From Acidimicrobiales bacterium (lineage in GTDB: Bacteria; Actinomycetota; Acidimicrobiia; Acidimicrobiales; Bin134), in contig OZ242355.1 in assembly GCA_965208805.1 (NCBI GenBank), positions 3,744,878 to 3,808,877 of the forward strand: a DNA stretch of 64,000 nucleotides, read 5' to 3'. This document shows, piece by piece, positions 27,303 through 37,008 of the stretch. Position numbers and translations under genes: made by a program. Under the pieces are notes generated by a model. The model ran no database searches and was not told the DNA's origin. It saw only the letters and a program-made list of their open reading frames with translations. How positions within the stretch are numbered: position 1 is the first letter of the stretch; each line of letters opens with the position of its first letter.

Positions 27303-28853
27303 ATGCGACGAGGGGGGACCCTGATGACTGCTCGTTTGTGGAAGCTGTTGCTTGCCGCGCTTTCCGTGCTGGCCTTGGTGGCCACGGCCTGCGGCAACGC
27401 TGGAGACGACGACCAAGGCGGTGCCACCGCGCCCACTGCGGCGCCCGCTGCCGAGGAGCCCGACGATGAGCCTGTTGCCGCGCCCGCCGATGAACCCGAC
27501 GACGAGCCCGCCCCCGCTCCCGATGAGCCTGCCGACGAACCTGCTACCGAGCCCGCCGATGAGCCTGCCGACGAGCCTGAGGATGAGCCCGCACCAGAGC
27601 CCGAGCCTGAGGAGCCCAAAGAACCCGAGCACCGCCACACCTTTGTGCCCATCGAAGGCGTCCCCGGCGTGAACGACTCCGAGATCAAGGTCACCTCCAT
27701 AGTCACCATCAGCAACAACGCTCTGGGCACCAACATCGGGGCCTACAACGACGGCATCGAGGCCTACTTCAACTTCATCAACGAGACCGGCGGCATCTAC
27801 GGCCGCGATCTGGTACTGGCCACCAAGCGCGACGACCAGCTCTTCCTCAACCAGGCCGAGTCATTGGCCATGGTGGAAGAAGACGACTCGCTGGCCGCTT
27901 TCGTGGCCACCCTGCTGTTCTTCGGGGCCGACACCCTCAACGACGCCGGGGTGCCCGTATTCGGATGGAACATCCACAACGAGTTCGCCGACCGGCGCAG
28001 CATCTTCGGCAACATTGCGCCGAGCTGCATCGGCTGCATCCATCAGCTGTTCCCCTACGTCGCCACCCAGGTGGGGGCGACCAAGGCCGGCATCTTCGGC
28101 TATGGCAACAGCGAGAACTCCAAGGTCTGCGCCGAGGGCACTCGCGACTCCATCGAGCATTACAGCGCCGAGGCCGGCGGGATGACGGTGGAGTTCTTCG
28201 ATACCTCCATCGAGTTCGGCATGGCTGGCGGCATCGCCCCGCAGGTGTCTGAGATGAAGGACAAGGGCGTCGACATCATCTTCACCTGCCTCGACCTCAA
28301 CGGCATGCGCACCATCGCCCAAGAGCTGGCCAAGCAGGATTACCGCGATCAGGTGACCATGTACCACCCGAACACCTACAACCACGAGTTCGTGGCCGCC
28401 AACGCCGACCTGTTCGAGGGCGACCTGGTGTTCGTGCAGTTCGTGCCCTTCGAGGCCGAGATCGACAGCGAGCTCCAGCGGAGGTTCTTCGAGTACACCG
28501 CCGACCTCAAGCTCGAAGAGCAGACCATCGTCGGGTGGCTCAATGCCCACCTCTTCTACGATGGCCTGCTGGCCGCTGGCCCCGAGTTCGACCGGGCCTC
28601 TCTGATCGACGCGGTCCGCGGCTTCGACGACTACAGCCACGACGGCCTGACCAACCCGATCGACTTCAGCCGCCAGATCGCCCTGCCCAACGACAACCCC
28701 GAAGCCGACTACGAGTACCGCTGCATCAACGCGGTCAAGATCGTGGACGGCGCCTTCGAGCAGTGGACCGGCGAGCCCGGCAGCCCATGGCAGTGCTGGG
28801 AGGTCGCCCGGGATGACTGGCACGATCCCGAATCCTTCTCGTTTGTGAACTGA
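27303..28853 (+). CDS. ABC transporter substrate-binding lipoprotein (LivJ/branched-chain amino acid-type family)
   Basis: 516 aa. Lipobox LALVATACGN, an acidic P/D/E/A low-complexity linker, then a periplasmic-binding-protein type I fold. Permease and ATPase genes follow. Confidence 0.85.
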   Translation: MRRGGTLMTARLWKLLLAALSVLALVATACGNAGDDDQGGATAPTAAPAAEEPDDEPVAAPADEPDDEPAPAPDEPADEPATEPADEPADEPEDEPAPEPEPEEPKEPEHRHTFVPIEGVPGVNDSEIKVTSIVTISNNALGTNIGAYNDGIEAYFNFINETGGIYGRDLVLATKRDDQLFLNQAESLAMVEEDDSLAAFVATLLFFGADTLNDAGVPVFGWNIHNEFADRRSIFGNIAPSCIGCIHQLFPYVATQVGATKAGIFGYGNSENSKVCAEGTRDSIEHYSAEAGGMTVEFFDTSIEFGMAGGIAPQVSEMKDKGVDIIFTCLDLNGMRTIAQELAKQDYRDQVTMYHPNTYNHEFVAANADLFEGDLVFVQFVPFEAEIDSELQRRFFEYTADLKLEEQTIVGWLNAHLFYDGLLAAGPEFDRASLIDAVRGFDDYSHDGLTNPIDFSRQIALPNDNPEADYEYRCINAVKIVDGAFEQWTGEPGSPWQCWEVARDDWHDPESFSFVN

Positions 28854-28883
28854 AGGCCCTGCTGAGCGGAGGCTGAGCCCACG

Positions 28884-30938
28884 ATGACCGCCAGCGTCCT
28901 CGCCGCCGGGGTCCTGGAAGAAACCATCAGGGCGTTCTTCCAGGGACTCCCCATCGGCGCGGGGTTCGCCCTGGTGGCCATGAGCTTCGTGCTCACCTAC
29001 AAGACCTCCGGGGTGTTCAACCTGGCCTTCGGCGCGCAGGCCTTCATCAGCGCGGCCACCTACTTCGAGCTCCACGTGCGGCGCGACTGGCCTATCTGGT
29101 CGGCGGTGCTGGTGGCCGTGGTGCTGGTGGCCCCGGTGCTCGGCCTGCTGTTGGAGCGGCTGATCTTCCGCCATGTCCACGCCGCCTCCGCGGTGGCCAA
29201 GCTGGTGATCTCCCTCGGCCTGCTGGTGGCGCTGCCCGAGCTGTTCAAGCTCATCGTCGACTACGACCGCGAGCAGCCCTTCGGGGCGGTGGGCATCATC
29301 CCCGACGGCACTACCGTGTACCGGCTGTTCGGCCGCTACCCGGTGACCCGCGACGAGATCGCCGCCTTCGTCATCGTGATCGCCGCCGCGCTGGCTCTGG
29401 CCGCGCTGTTCCGCTACACCCGGCTGGGCCTGCGCATCCGAGCGGTGGTGCAGAGCCCCCGCATGACCGAGCTCAACGGGGTCAACGCCGACTGGGTGTC
29501 GTCGGGCTCGTGGATCCTCTCCAGCTTCTTCGCCGGTCTGGCCGGCGTGCTTCTGGTGCCCACCACCTCCTCGCTGGGCACCGTGCTAGTGCCCCAAGGC
29601 TACTTCCCCATCGTCATCGCCGCTTTGGCCGCGGCCGCGCTGGGCCGATTGGTCAACCTGCCCGCCGCCTTATTCGGCGGCCTGGTGCTGGGGGTCATCA
29701 CCACGGAGATGCGCACGCATCTGCCCCGCGACAACGTCATCTTGAATGAGCTGCGGGGCTCGGCGCTGCCCTACGTGATGCTGTTCGCCATCATCGTGTT
29801 CTGGCCCGCCATCCGCCGCCAGATCGCCGGGGCCGATCCGCTGCTGGGGGTGTCCCCGCCCCCGCCGGCGCTGGCCGCCACCAGTCGCAGCCGGGGGATG
29901 ACCATCTACACCCGCATCATGGCCCTGGCCTTTTTCACCGCGGTGGGCATCTGGACCTTCGGCTACGCCAACAACTTCTGGATCTCCCGCATCACCCACT
30001 CGGTGATCTTCTCCATCATCTTCTTGTCCATCGTGGTGTTCACCGGCCTTGGCGGCCAGATCGCCCTGTGCCAGGTGACCTTCGCGGCGATCGGCGCGTT
30101 CGGGGCCATGCAGTTCGCCCAGCGCTGGGATGTCTCAGTGATCGTGGGCATGCTGGCCGGAGCGGCCATCGCCGCTGCGGTGGGCGCGGTGCTCAGCATT
30201 CCGGTTATGCGCTTGGGGGGCATCTGGCTGGCTATCGCCACCTTGGCCTTCGCGCTGTTCTTCCACGACGTATTGGTTAAGTACGGCTGGGTAGGCGGCT
30301 CGCTGTTCCACGGCCGCGGCGTGCCCCGTCCCCAGTTGTTCGGCGTCGACTTCTCCAGCCACAAGAACTTCCTCATCCTGTGCATCGCCATCTTGGTGCT
30401 GGTGGGCGTTCTGGTGATCCTCATCCGCGAGTCCAGCACCGGCATGGCCCTGCGCGCCCTGCGGGGCTCGGAGACCGCGGCCGAGTCCATCGGGGTGATC
30501 TCCTGGCGATCCCGGGTGATTGTGTTCTCGGTGTCAGCCGCCATCGCCGCTATCGGCGGAGGGCTGTTGGCCATGGAAGAGAAGCAGGTCAGCTACGAGG
30601 CCAACTACGACCCCCAGGCGGGATTGTTCTGGTTGGTGATCGTGGTCGTGCTGGGCGCCCGCACCGTGGAGGGGGGCATCCAAGCCGGGGTGGCCTTCGT
30701 GATCTTCCCCGAGCTGATACTCGACCGCTGGCTGGGCCTGCACGGGGCGTGGCGGTACGTGCTGTTCGGCTTCGCCGCCATCTCCTTCGCCCGTCATCCC
30801 GAGGGCCTCCTTGAGCACGGCAAACGCCGCTCGCAGGCCTTGATGCAGCGGGCCTTCGGGCGCCGTCAGCCCGCCGTGGCCGCAGCCGCTGCCGGGCCAG
30901 AAGTCGATGCCGCAAGCGAGACAGGGGATGGGCCATGA
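28884..30938 (+). CDS. Fused LivH/LivM-type ABC permease
   Basis: 684 aa, with two tandem multi-TM branched-chain-type permease halves. Confidence 0.85.
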   Translation: MTASVLAAGVLEETIRAFFQGLPIGAGFALVAMSFVLTYKTSGVFNLAFGAQAFISAATYFELHVRRDWPIWSAVLVAVVLVAPVLGLLLERLIFRHVHAASAVAKLVISLGLLVALPELFKLIVDYDREQPFGAVGIIPDGTTVYRLFGRYPVTRDEIAAFVIVIAAALALAALFRYTRLGLRIRAVVQSPRMTELNGVNADWVSSGSWILSSFFAGLAGVLLVPTTSSLGTVLVPQGYFPIVIAALAAAALGRLVNLPAALFGGLVLGVITTEMRTHLPRDNVILNELRGSALPYVMLFAIIVFWPAIRRQIAGADPLLGVSPPPPALAATSRSRGMTIYTRIMALAFFTAVGIWTFGYANNFWISRITHSVIFSIIFLSIVVFTGLGGQIALCQVTFAAIGAFGAMQFAQRWDVSVIVGMLAGAAIAAAVGAVLSIPVMRLGGIWLAIATLAFALFFHDVLVKYGWVGGSLFHGRGVPRPQLFGVDFSSHKNFLILCIAILVLVGVLVILIRESSTGMALRALRGSETAAESIGVISWRSRVIVFSVSAAIAAIGGGLLAMEEKQVSYEANYDPQAGLFWLVIVVVLGARTVEGGIQAGVAFVIFPELILDRWLGLHGAWRYVLFGFAAISFARHPEGLLEHGKRRSQALMQRAFGRRQPAVAAAAAGPEVDAASETGDGP

Positions 30939-31705
30939 GCCTGCTGGTGGCCGACGGCATCACCAAGCGGTTCGCCGGCATCACCGCGGTCGACGACGTA
31001 CACATCGCACTCGACGCGGGGGAGCGAGTGGGGCTCATCGGCCCCAACGGCGCGGGCAAGACCACCCTGTTCAACTGCCTGCTTGGCCTGCTGCGCCCCG
31101 ACGCCGGTTCGGTGAGCTTCGACGGCCAGAACATCACCCGCCTGCCGGTCTACCGCCGAGCCCGCCTCGGCATTGGCCGCACCTTCCAGCGGGTGGAGCT
31201 GTTCAGCGGCTCGTCGGTGCGAGATCACTTGCTCTTCGCCCACCGCATCCGCAGCGGCACCGGCGCCCTGTGGAAAGACGTGATCGGCCTGGGCCTGCCC
31301 AAGCCCGCCGAGATCGAGCGCTGCGACGCCCTGTTGGAGAGCCTCGGGCTGGGCGGCATGGGCGACGAGCCCATCGAGGCCCTCAGCCTGGGCCAGAGCC
31401 GTCTGGTGGAAGTGGCCCGGGCGCTCATGACCCAACCCCGGGTGGTGCTGCTCGACGAGCCCTCCTCGGGCCTCGACCGGGCTGAGACCACCGCGTTGGC
31501 CGAAACCCTGGCCCGCATCCAATCCGAACAGGGTTTCGGCATGCTGCTGGTGGAGCACGACGTGGAGTTGGTGGCCTCGTTCACCGAGCGCACCTATGTG
31601 CTCGACTTCGGGAAGCTCATAACCCACGGTCCCACCCCCGATGTGATGCGCGACCCCGAGGTGCGGGCCGCCTACCTGGGCGACTTTGTGGCGGGCGCAC
31701 AATGA
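30935..31705 (+). CDS. livG: ABC transporter ATP-binding protein (LivG-type)
   Basis: Walker A GPNGAGKTT, signature LSLGQSRLVEVARAL and Walker B VVLLDEP. Confidence 0.9.
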   Translation: MSLLVADGITKRFAGITAVDDVHIALDAGERVGLIGPNGAGKTTLFNCLLGLLRPDAGSVSFDGQNITRLPVYRRARLGIGRTFQRVELFSGSSVRDHLLFAHRIRSGTGALWKDVIGLGLPKPAEIERCDALLESLGLGGMGDEPIEALSLGQSRLVEVARALMTQPRVVLLDEPSSGLDRAETTALAETLARIQSEQGFGMLLVEHDVELVASFTERTYVLDFGKLITHGPTPDVMRDPEVRAAYLGDFVAGAQ

Positions 31706-32472
31706 ACGCCTCCGCTGGGACCGACACCGCCCCTGCGGCCACCCCCGCCCCGCTCGACATCCCGGTGCTGGAACTGCGCCACGTGAATGCCGCCTACGGG
31801 CCGTTCCGAGCCCTGTTCGACGTGTCCCTCACGGTGGGAGAGGGCGAGACCGTCGCCCTGTTGGGCCGGAACGGCGCGGGCAAGACCACCGTGGCTCGAG
31901 TGGCCAGCGGCCTGGTGGGGCCCACCGAGGGCGAGGTGATGGTAGACGGCAACGACTTCACCAAAGTGCGGGCCCATCGCTACGCCAAAGCCGGGGTCGT
32001 CCATGTGCCCGAAGGCCGAGCGGTCTTCTCCGACTTCACGGTGGAGGAGAACCTCACCCTGGCCTTCTCCCGCACCCACGACCGCTCCGGCGTGCGCGAT
32101 GCCCTAGACCGGGCCTTCGAGCTGTTCCCCCCCATCGCCCAGCGCCGCCGCCAGATCGCCGGCACCCTGTCGGGCGGCGAGCAGCGCATGCTGGCCATGG
32201 CCCGGGTGCTGGTGGAGAGCCCCCGGCTACTCATCGCCGACGAGCTGTCTTTGGGCCTGGCCCCCATCGTCACCGACGAGGTGTACGCCGTGCTGGGCCG
32301 CATCCGCGACACCGGCACCTCGCTGCTCATCGTCGAGCAGCACATGGGCCACGCCTTGGCCCTGTGCGACCGGGCCGTCTTGCTGGACCACGGCGCCATC
32401 GCCTGGCAGGGCCCCACCGAAGAAGCCGCCGAAGCCATCGGCACCGCCCTGTTTGACACCGGCGGTCGATAG
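31702..32472 (+). CDS. livF: ABC transporter ATP-binding protein (LivF-type)
   Basis: Walker A GRNGAGKTT, signature LSGGEQRMLAMARVL and Walker B LLIADE. Confidence 0.9.
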   Translation: MNASAGTDTAPAATPAPLDIPVLELRHVNAAYGPFRALFDVSLTVGEGETVALLGRNGAGKTTVARVASGLVGPTEGEVMVDGNDFTKVRAHRYAKAGVVHVPEGRAVFSDFTVEENLTLAFSRTHDRSGVRDALDRAFELFPPIAQRRRQIAGTLSGGEQRMLAMARVLVESPRLLIADELSLGLAPIVTDEVYAVLGRIRDTGTSLLIVEQHMGHALALCDRAVLLDHGAIAWQGPTEEAAEAIGTALFDTGGR

Positions 32473-32487
32473 TCAATAATTGGGCCC

Positions 32488-33687
32488 ATGAGCACGAAGA
32501 CCGTTGAGTTTGATCCGTTCAGCCGGGACTTCTTCGACGATCCCTACGACACCTATGCCGACCTGCGGGAACACGCTCCCTGCTACTACAGCGAGCAGTA
32601 CGACTTCTACGCCCTGAGCCGCTTCGACGACGTGGTGACCGCCCATCGCGACTTCGAGACCTTCACTTCCACCCACGGTCAGACTTACGAGCAGCTTTCG
32701 TCGGGTGAGCCCTCAGACATGGGGTCGATCATCTCCATGGACCCCCCTGAGCACACTCGCTATCGCAAGCTGGTGTCCCGCTCGTTCACCCCCCGCTCCA
32801 TCGGCAACTACGAGGCGCTGGTGCGAAAGATCATCAGCGGCTATCTCGACCCGCTCATGGGCCGGCGCCAGTTCGACATCCTCGAGGAGTTCGCCGCCCC
32901 GTTTCCCGTCGAGATCATCTCCACCATCTTGGGCGTGCCCGCCGAAGACCGCCAGCAGATCAGGCACTGGACCGACGAGATGCTCCATCGCGAGGAGGGC
33001 TCGGCCATGGGCAGCCAGGCCGCCGCCGAGGCGGGCATGGCCCAGGGCATGTACCTGTTCCAGCTATCCCAACAGAAGCGGGCCGAACCGGCTAACGACA
33101 TGCTGACTGCCCTGATCGAGGCCGAAGTGGAGACCAACGACGGAAGCATGACTCACCTCGACGACGCCGAGATCGCCGGGTTCGGAACGTTGTTGGCCGC
33201 CGCCGGGTCGGAGACGGTCACCAAGCTGGTGGGCAATGCCGTGGTGCTGTTCCACCGCCATCCCGACCAGTGGGCCAAGGTGCTGGACGACCCCCCCGTC
33301 ATAGGAAACGCCGTGGAGGAGATCCTCCGCTATTGGGCGCCCTCCCAGTACCAGGGCCGCTACTCCACGGTCGACTCGGTATGGCACGGGGTGACCATCC
33401 CCAAGCACAAGCCCGTTTTCTTGATCACCGGGGCGGCCAACCGCGACCCACGGCGATACGACGATCCCGACAAATTCGACATCACCCGCGACCCTGGTCT
33501 GGCCGTCGGCCTGGGCCACGGCCTGCACGTGTGCTTGGGCGCGGCCCTGGCCCGCCTGGAGAGCCGGGTGGCCATCGAGGAGATCGCCCGCCGCTGGCCC
33601 GCATTCGAGGTCAACGAAGAGGGCCTGCGCCGGGTGCAGATGTCCAACGTTGCCGGCTACTCCTCAGTGCCAATCACGGTTTCCTAA
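32488..33687 (+). CDS. Cytochrome P450
   Basis: 399 aa. LLAAAGSETV, EEILRYW and heme loop LGHGLHVCLGAALARLE. Confidence 0.92.
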   Translation: MSTKTVEFDPFSRDFFDDPYDTYADLREHAPCYYSEQYDFYALSRFDDVVTAHRDFETFTSTHGQTYEQLSSGEPSDMGSIISMDPPEHTRYRKLVSRSFTPRSIGNYEALVRKIISGYLDPLMGRRQFDILEEFAAPFPVEIISTILGVPAEDRQQIRHWTDEMLHREEGSAMGSQAAAEAGMAQGMYLFQLSQQKRAEPANDMLTALIEAEVETNDGSMTHLDDAEIAGFGTLLAAAGSETVTKLVGNAVVLFHRHPDQWAKVLDDPPVIGNAVEEILRYWAPSQYQGRYSTVDSVWHGVTIPKHKPVFLITGAANRDPRRYDDPDKFDITRDPGLAVGLGHGLHVCLGAALARLESRVAIEEIARRWPAFEVNEEGLRRVQMSNVAGYSSVPITVS

Positions 33688-33714
33688 CTTCCACTTTCGA
33701 GGTATCCTGAACAG

Positions 33715-33912
33715 GTGGAGCCGAATACCAACAAGACACTGACCGTGTCTGATCCGGGCTCCCCCGACTACGACTACAGCGAGATTGATCGCAAATCCGA
33801 GCAGGCCGAAGCTGAAATGCAAGAGATCATCGCCCAAGGACTGCCCTTGGACGACTTGACGACTCTCGAAGACATCAACCAGCGAATGGCCCGCCACAGC
33901 TCCTCCACATAA
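33715..33912 (+). CDS. Small acidic hypothetical protein (antitoxin-like)
   Basis: 65-aa ORF with a GTG start, in an AT-richer patch, 6 bp upstream of the next small ORF. Confidence 0.3.
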   Translation: MEPNTNKTLTVSDPGSPDYDYSEIDRKSEQAEAEMQEIIAQGLPLDDLTTLEDINQRMARHSSST

Positions 33913-33917
33913 CCCAA

Positions 33918-34169
33918 GTGGCCTGGAAGTTCAGGTCGCTCGACAGCGCCTTTGAGCGCTGGGCAGCGGACAAGGATCATCAAGACAGGCTGGAGCTGTT
34001 GCAACGGCTGGTAACGCTGCTCGACCACCCGATGTCTGACCTCCCGGGAAGGCCACAGCCCGGTCGTTCGCCCACCCGCCGCTGGGAAGACCTAGGGCAG
34101 GCGTACGTATTCTTCGTCGTCTTCGAGGCTCAAGGAATCCTCTCAGTCACCGATCTGGTCAGCAAATAG
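33918..34169 (+). CDS. Small hypothetical protein (weak RelE/ParE-like layout)
   Basis: 83 aa. MAWKF..., mid LLDHP...G, C-terminal YVFFVVFEAQGILSVTDL. This is a resemblance only. Confidence 0.3.
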   Translation: MAWKFRSLDSAFERWAADKDHQDRLELLQRLVTLLDHPMSDLPGRPQPGRSPTRRWEDLGQAYVFFVVFEAQGILSVTDLVSK

Positions 34170-34235
34170 AGATACGAATACTCAATGCTGGGCCATGATG
34201 ACGACCAAGACTGTTGAGCTTGATCCGCTAGTCGG

Positions 34236-35729
34236 CTACTGGCCGAACGTGCCGGTTTCGCCTTCGAAGGAGATCACGTCGCTGACGGGCACGTAGCGGG
34301 CGCCGTCGGCGTCCACCACCAGCTCTTCCATGCGACCGGCCTCCACCATGTAGGAGTCGTTGGCCCCGTCCATGCGCCGCGGGGAGTTGCCCAGCGCCCC
34401 CCGGGAGTCGAAGTCCATCTGCCACATGGCCCGCATCACGTTGGTCCGGTTGATGCCGCCGTCCATGTCGGCTGCGGCCAAGAGCACCTCGTGCAGCACT
34501 TCGCCGAAGACGTAGCCCAGGGCGTGGGAGGCGGCTTCGGGATCGATGCCCTGTCCTTCCAGCGCACTGCGCACGAACTGCACCCATTCGTCGTCGACCA
34601 GCGAGGAGTCGGACACGTCCTTTTGGGTGTTCACCATGCGGACCCCATTGGCCAGCGGCCCGATGGGCGCCCAGAACAAGGCGATGCTCTGGCACCCGTT
34701 GGCCACCAGCATCATCGGCTCCCACGCAATGCTGGCCACCGTGGCCACCGCTTGCGGGCAGAACGCCCCCGAAGAGGCCACCACAATCACATCGGCGTTG
34801 CTGGCCGCCAAATTGATCACGTCAGCACCCACTGAATCGGATTGCGGGTCGTGCTTGACCTCATCGAGGATCTCGATACCGTGTTCGGAGGCGCATTCGA
34901 CGAAGGCCACCCGCCATGCTTCGCCAGCGTCGTTGCCCAGCGCTAGCACGGCGGCAGTCGCCCCTGAGCCGATCTCGTCGGCGATGTGCTGGCACCACAC
35001 GCGGGACTCGGTCTCATACGACATCAACGCGCCGGTGGTCCACGGGTAGTTGCTGGGGTCGCCCCACTCGGGCAAACCGGTCAGGTTGAAGAGCTGCGGG
35101 ATGCAGTTCTCGTTGAGCACGTCCCGCACTGCCAGGTTGTTGGGGCTGCCCAGGATCCCAGCGAAACCGAGCAGGTTCTCGACGTCGATCATCTCCTCAA
35201 CGTTGGTCACCGTGCGGGCCGACACGTAGCCGTCGTCCCGGGCCACCATCACCACGTTGCGGCCGTCGATGGGACCGACCGCGTCGAAGTAAAGCCCGAC
35301 ACCATCGGCGATGGTGCCGAATCCGGCCAGCGCGCCCGACCGGGGCAAGCTGCTGCCGAAGCGAATCTCGGTGTCGGTCACCCCGGCGTAGTTGTCCCAC
35401 TCGCTGGGGCACTCGGTGATGTCGATCACCGCGCCACCGCCCAACTCCACAATGTTGGGATCAGACGGCTCCTCGGGCTCCGGGGCGGGAGCGGGCTCAT
35501 CCTCGTCTTCAGGCGCGGGAGCGGGCTCGTCCTCGTCCTCGTCTTCGGGTTCTGGGGCGGGAGCGGGCTCATCCTCGTCTTCAGGCGCGGGAGCGGGCTC
35601 GTCCTCGTCCTCGGGAGCAGCCGGTGCCGGCTCGCTCACCGGCGCGTCATCGTCGTCGTTGCCGCAGGCACTGGCCACCAGCGCGAGCACAGCAAGCAGC
35701 GCGAGCAAGATTCGCCAAGATTTCGACAT
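34236..35729 (-). CDS. ABC transporter substrate-binding lipoprotein (LivJ-type family)
   Basis: 497 aa. Lipobox LALVASACGN, an EDEDEPAPAP low-complexity repeat linker, then a type I PBP fold. Confidence 0.85.
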   Translation of the reverse strand: MSKSWRILLALLAVLALVASACGNDDDDAPVSEPAPAAPEDEDEPAPAPEDEDEPAPAPEPEDEDEDEPAPAPEDEDEPAPAPEPEEPSDPNIVELGGGAVIDITECPSEWDNYAGVTDTEIRFGSSLPRSGALAGFGTIADGVGLYFDAVGPIDGRNVVMVARDDGYVSARTVTNVEEMIDVENLLGFAGILGSPNNLAVRDVLNENCIPQLFNLTGLPEWGDPSNYPWTTGALMSYETESRVWCQHIADEIGSGATAAVLALGNDAGEAWRVAFVECASEHGIEILDEVKHDPQSDSVGADVINLAASNADVIVVASSGAFCPQAVATVASIAWEPMMLVANGCQSIALFWAPIGPLANGVRMVNTQKDVSDSSLVDDEWVQFVRSALEGQGIDPEAASHALGYVFGEVLHEVLLAAADMDGGINRTNVMRAMWQMDFDSRGALGNSPRRMDGANDSYMVEAGRMEELVVDADGARYVPVSDVISFEGETGTFGQ

Positions 35730-35816
35730 GGGGTGTTCCCTCCTGAGATGGGCTCTCCGTTGGAAGCGGTCCCGTAACCCTACGCTTCTATAGCGACAAT
35801 TACAGCCCCGAAGAAA

Positions 35817-36998
35817 TCATCCTGTCGGCGGCTGCGGGGCCACCGGCATGAGCCGGCCTTTGATGCGGCGGAACCCGTGGGCCGCCCCTCCCGGCAACGC
35901 GAAGATGATGATGATCAACAGCCCGCCCAAAATGGCGGTGCCATACGGCCCCTCCAGGGCCACGTCGGTGCCCGGCAGGGTCTGGGTCTGACTCGACCAG
36001 TGGGGCACGAACTGAATGGCCAAACCCCCCACCACCGCACCGTGCAGCGTTCCCGCCCCGCCCACGATCAACCCCACGATCAACAGAATGGCCATCGCAA
36101 AGCCGAACTCGTCGGGCCCCACGAACCCCGAGTGCATGGCCAGCATGGTGCCGGCCACCCCGCCCACCGCCGCGCTGATGCCAAAGCTCAAGGTCTTGTA
36201 GGCGGCCAGGTTCACCCCGTTGGCCGCCGCCCCCAATTCGTTGTCCCGAATAGCCACCAAGGCCCGTCCCACCCGGCCGGCCAGAATGTTGCGCACCAGC
36301 CAGAAGCACACCAGCGCCACAATCACCAGCAGGAAGTACTTGTACACCGCCTCCTCCTGGCGACCGGTCAGCCCGTCGGGCACCCGTGCGCCCACTCCCG
36401 GTATGGCATGCAGCCACTCGGTGATCTTCTCAATGGGCGCCCACGTCGGCGCCTCCAGGGCGCTGTCTATCAGCAGCCCGTTGCTGCCCCCGGTGCGGTC
36501 GGCCACGTTGTCGAGCCGGATGATCGACGGGAACACCGCGGCCACCGCAAACGTCAACAGCCCCAGATACAGCCCCTGGATGCGCAGTGCGGGGATCCCG
36601 AACAGCACCCCGAACACGAACAGCCCCGGCACCACCACCCCGAGAGTGGACAGATAAGACCAGTGGAACTCGTTAACCAGCACCGCGGTGAGATACGCCC
36701 CCGACCCCACGAAGAAGCTATGGCCCAGTGAGAGCTGCCCGCTGTAGCCGGTGGCGATGTTCAACCCCAGAACGGCCACCATCAGCCCGATGGCCTGGCT
36801 GAGGTTGCCCAGCCCCACCGTGTAGCGGTTGCCGAAGATGGTCGGGCTGTAGGTGTCGGCAATCAAAAACGGGATCAGCACCACTACTAGGGCGAACAGC
36901 GCCCACCCGATGATCTGGCGCCGCCGGTGCTGGCGGCTGCCCGCGGCCACTGCGCCCATGGCCCGCATCACACCCGCATCCTTGCGCCGGTAGCCCAA
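35817..36998 (-). CDS. livM: LivM-type ABC permease
   Basis: 393 aa multi-TM protein. Contains GYSGQLSLGHSFFVGSGAY, typical of LivM. Confidence 0.85.
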   Translation of the reverse strand: MGYRRKDAGVMRAMGAVAAGSRQHRRRQIIGWALFALVVVLIPFLIADTYSPTIFGNRYTVGLGNLSQAIGLMVAVLGLNIATGYSGQLSLGHSFFVGSGAYLTAVLVNEFHWSYLSTLGVVVPGLFVFGVLFGIPALRIQGLYLGLLTFAVAAVFPSIIRLDNVADRTGGSNGLLIDSALEAPTWAPIEKITEWLHAIPGVGARVPDGLTGRQEEAVYKYFLLVIVALVCFWLVRNILAGRVGRALVAIRDNELGAAANGVNLAAYKTLSFGISAAVGGVAGTMLAMHSGFVGPDEFGFAMAILLIVGLIVGGAGTLHGAVVGGLAIQFVPHWSSQTQTLPGTDVALEGPYGTAILGGLLIIIIFALPGGAAHGFRRIKGRLMPVAPQPPTG

Positions 36999-37008
36999 TG
37001 CAACCCCA

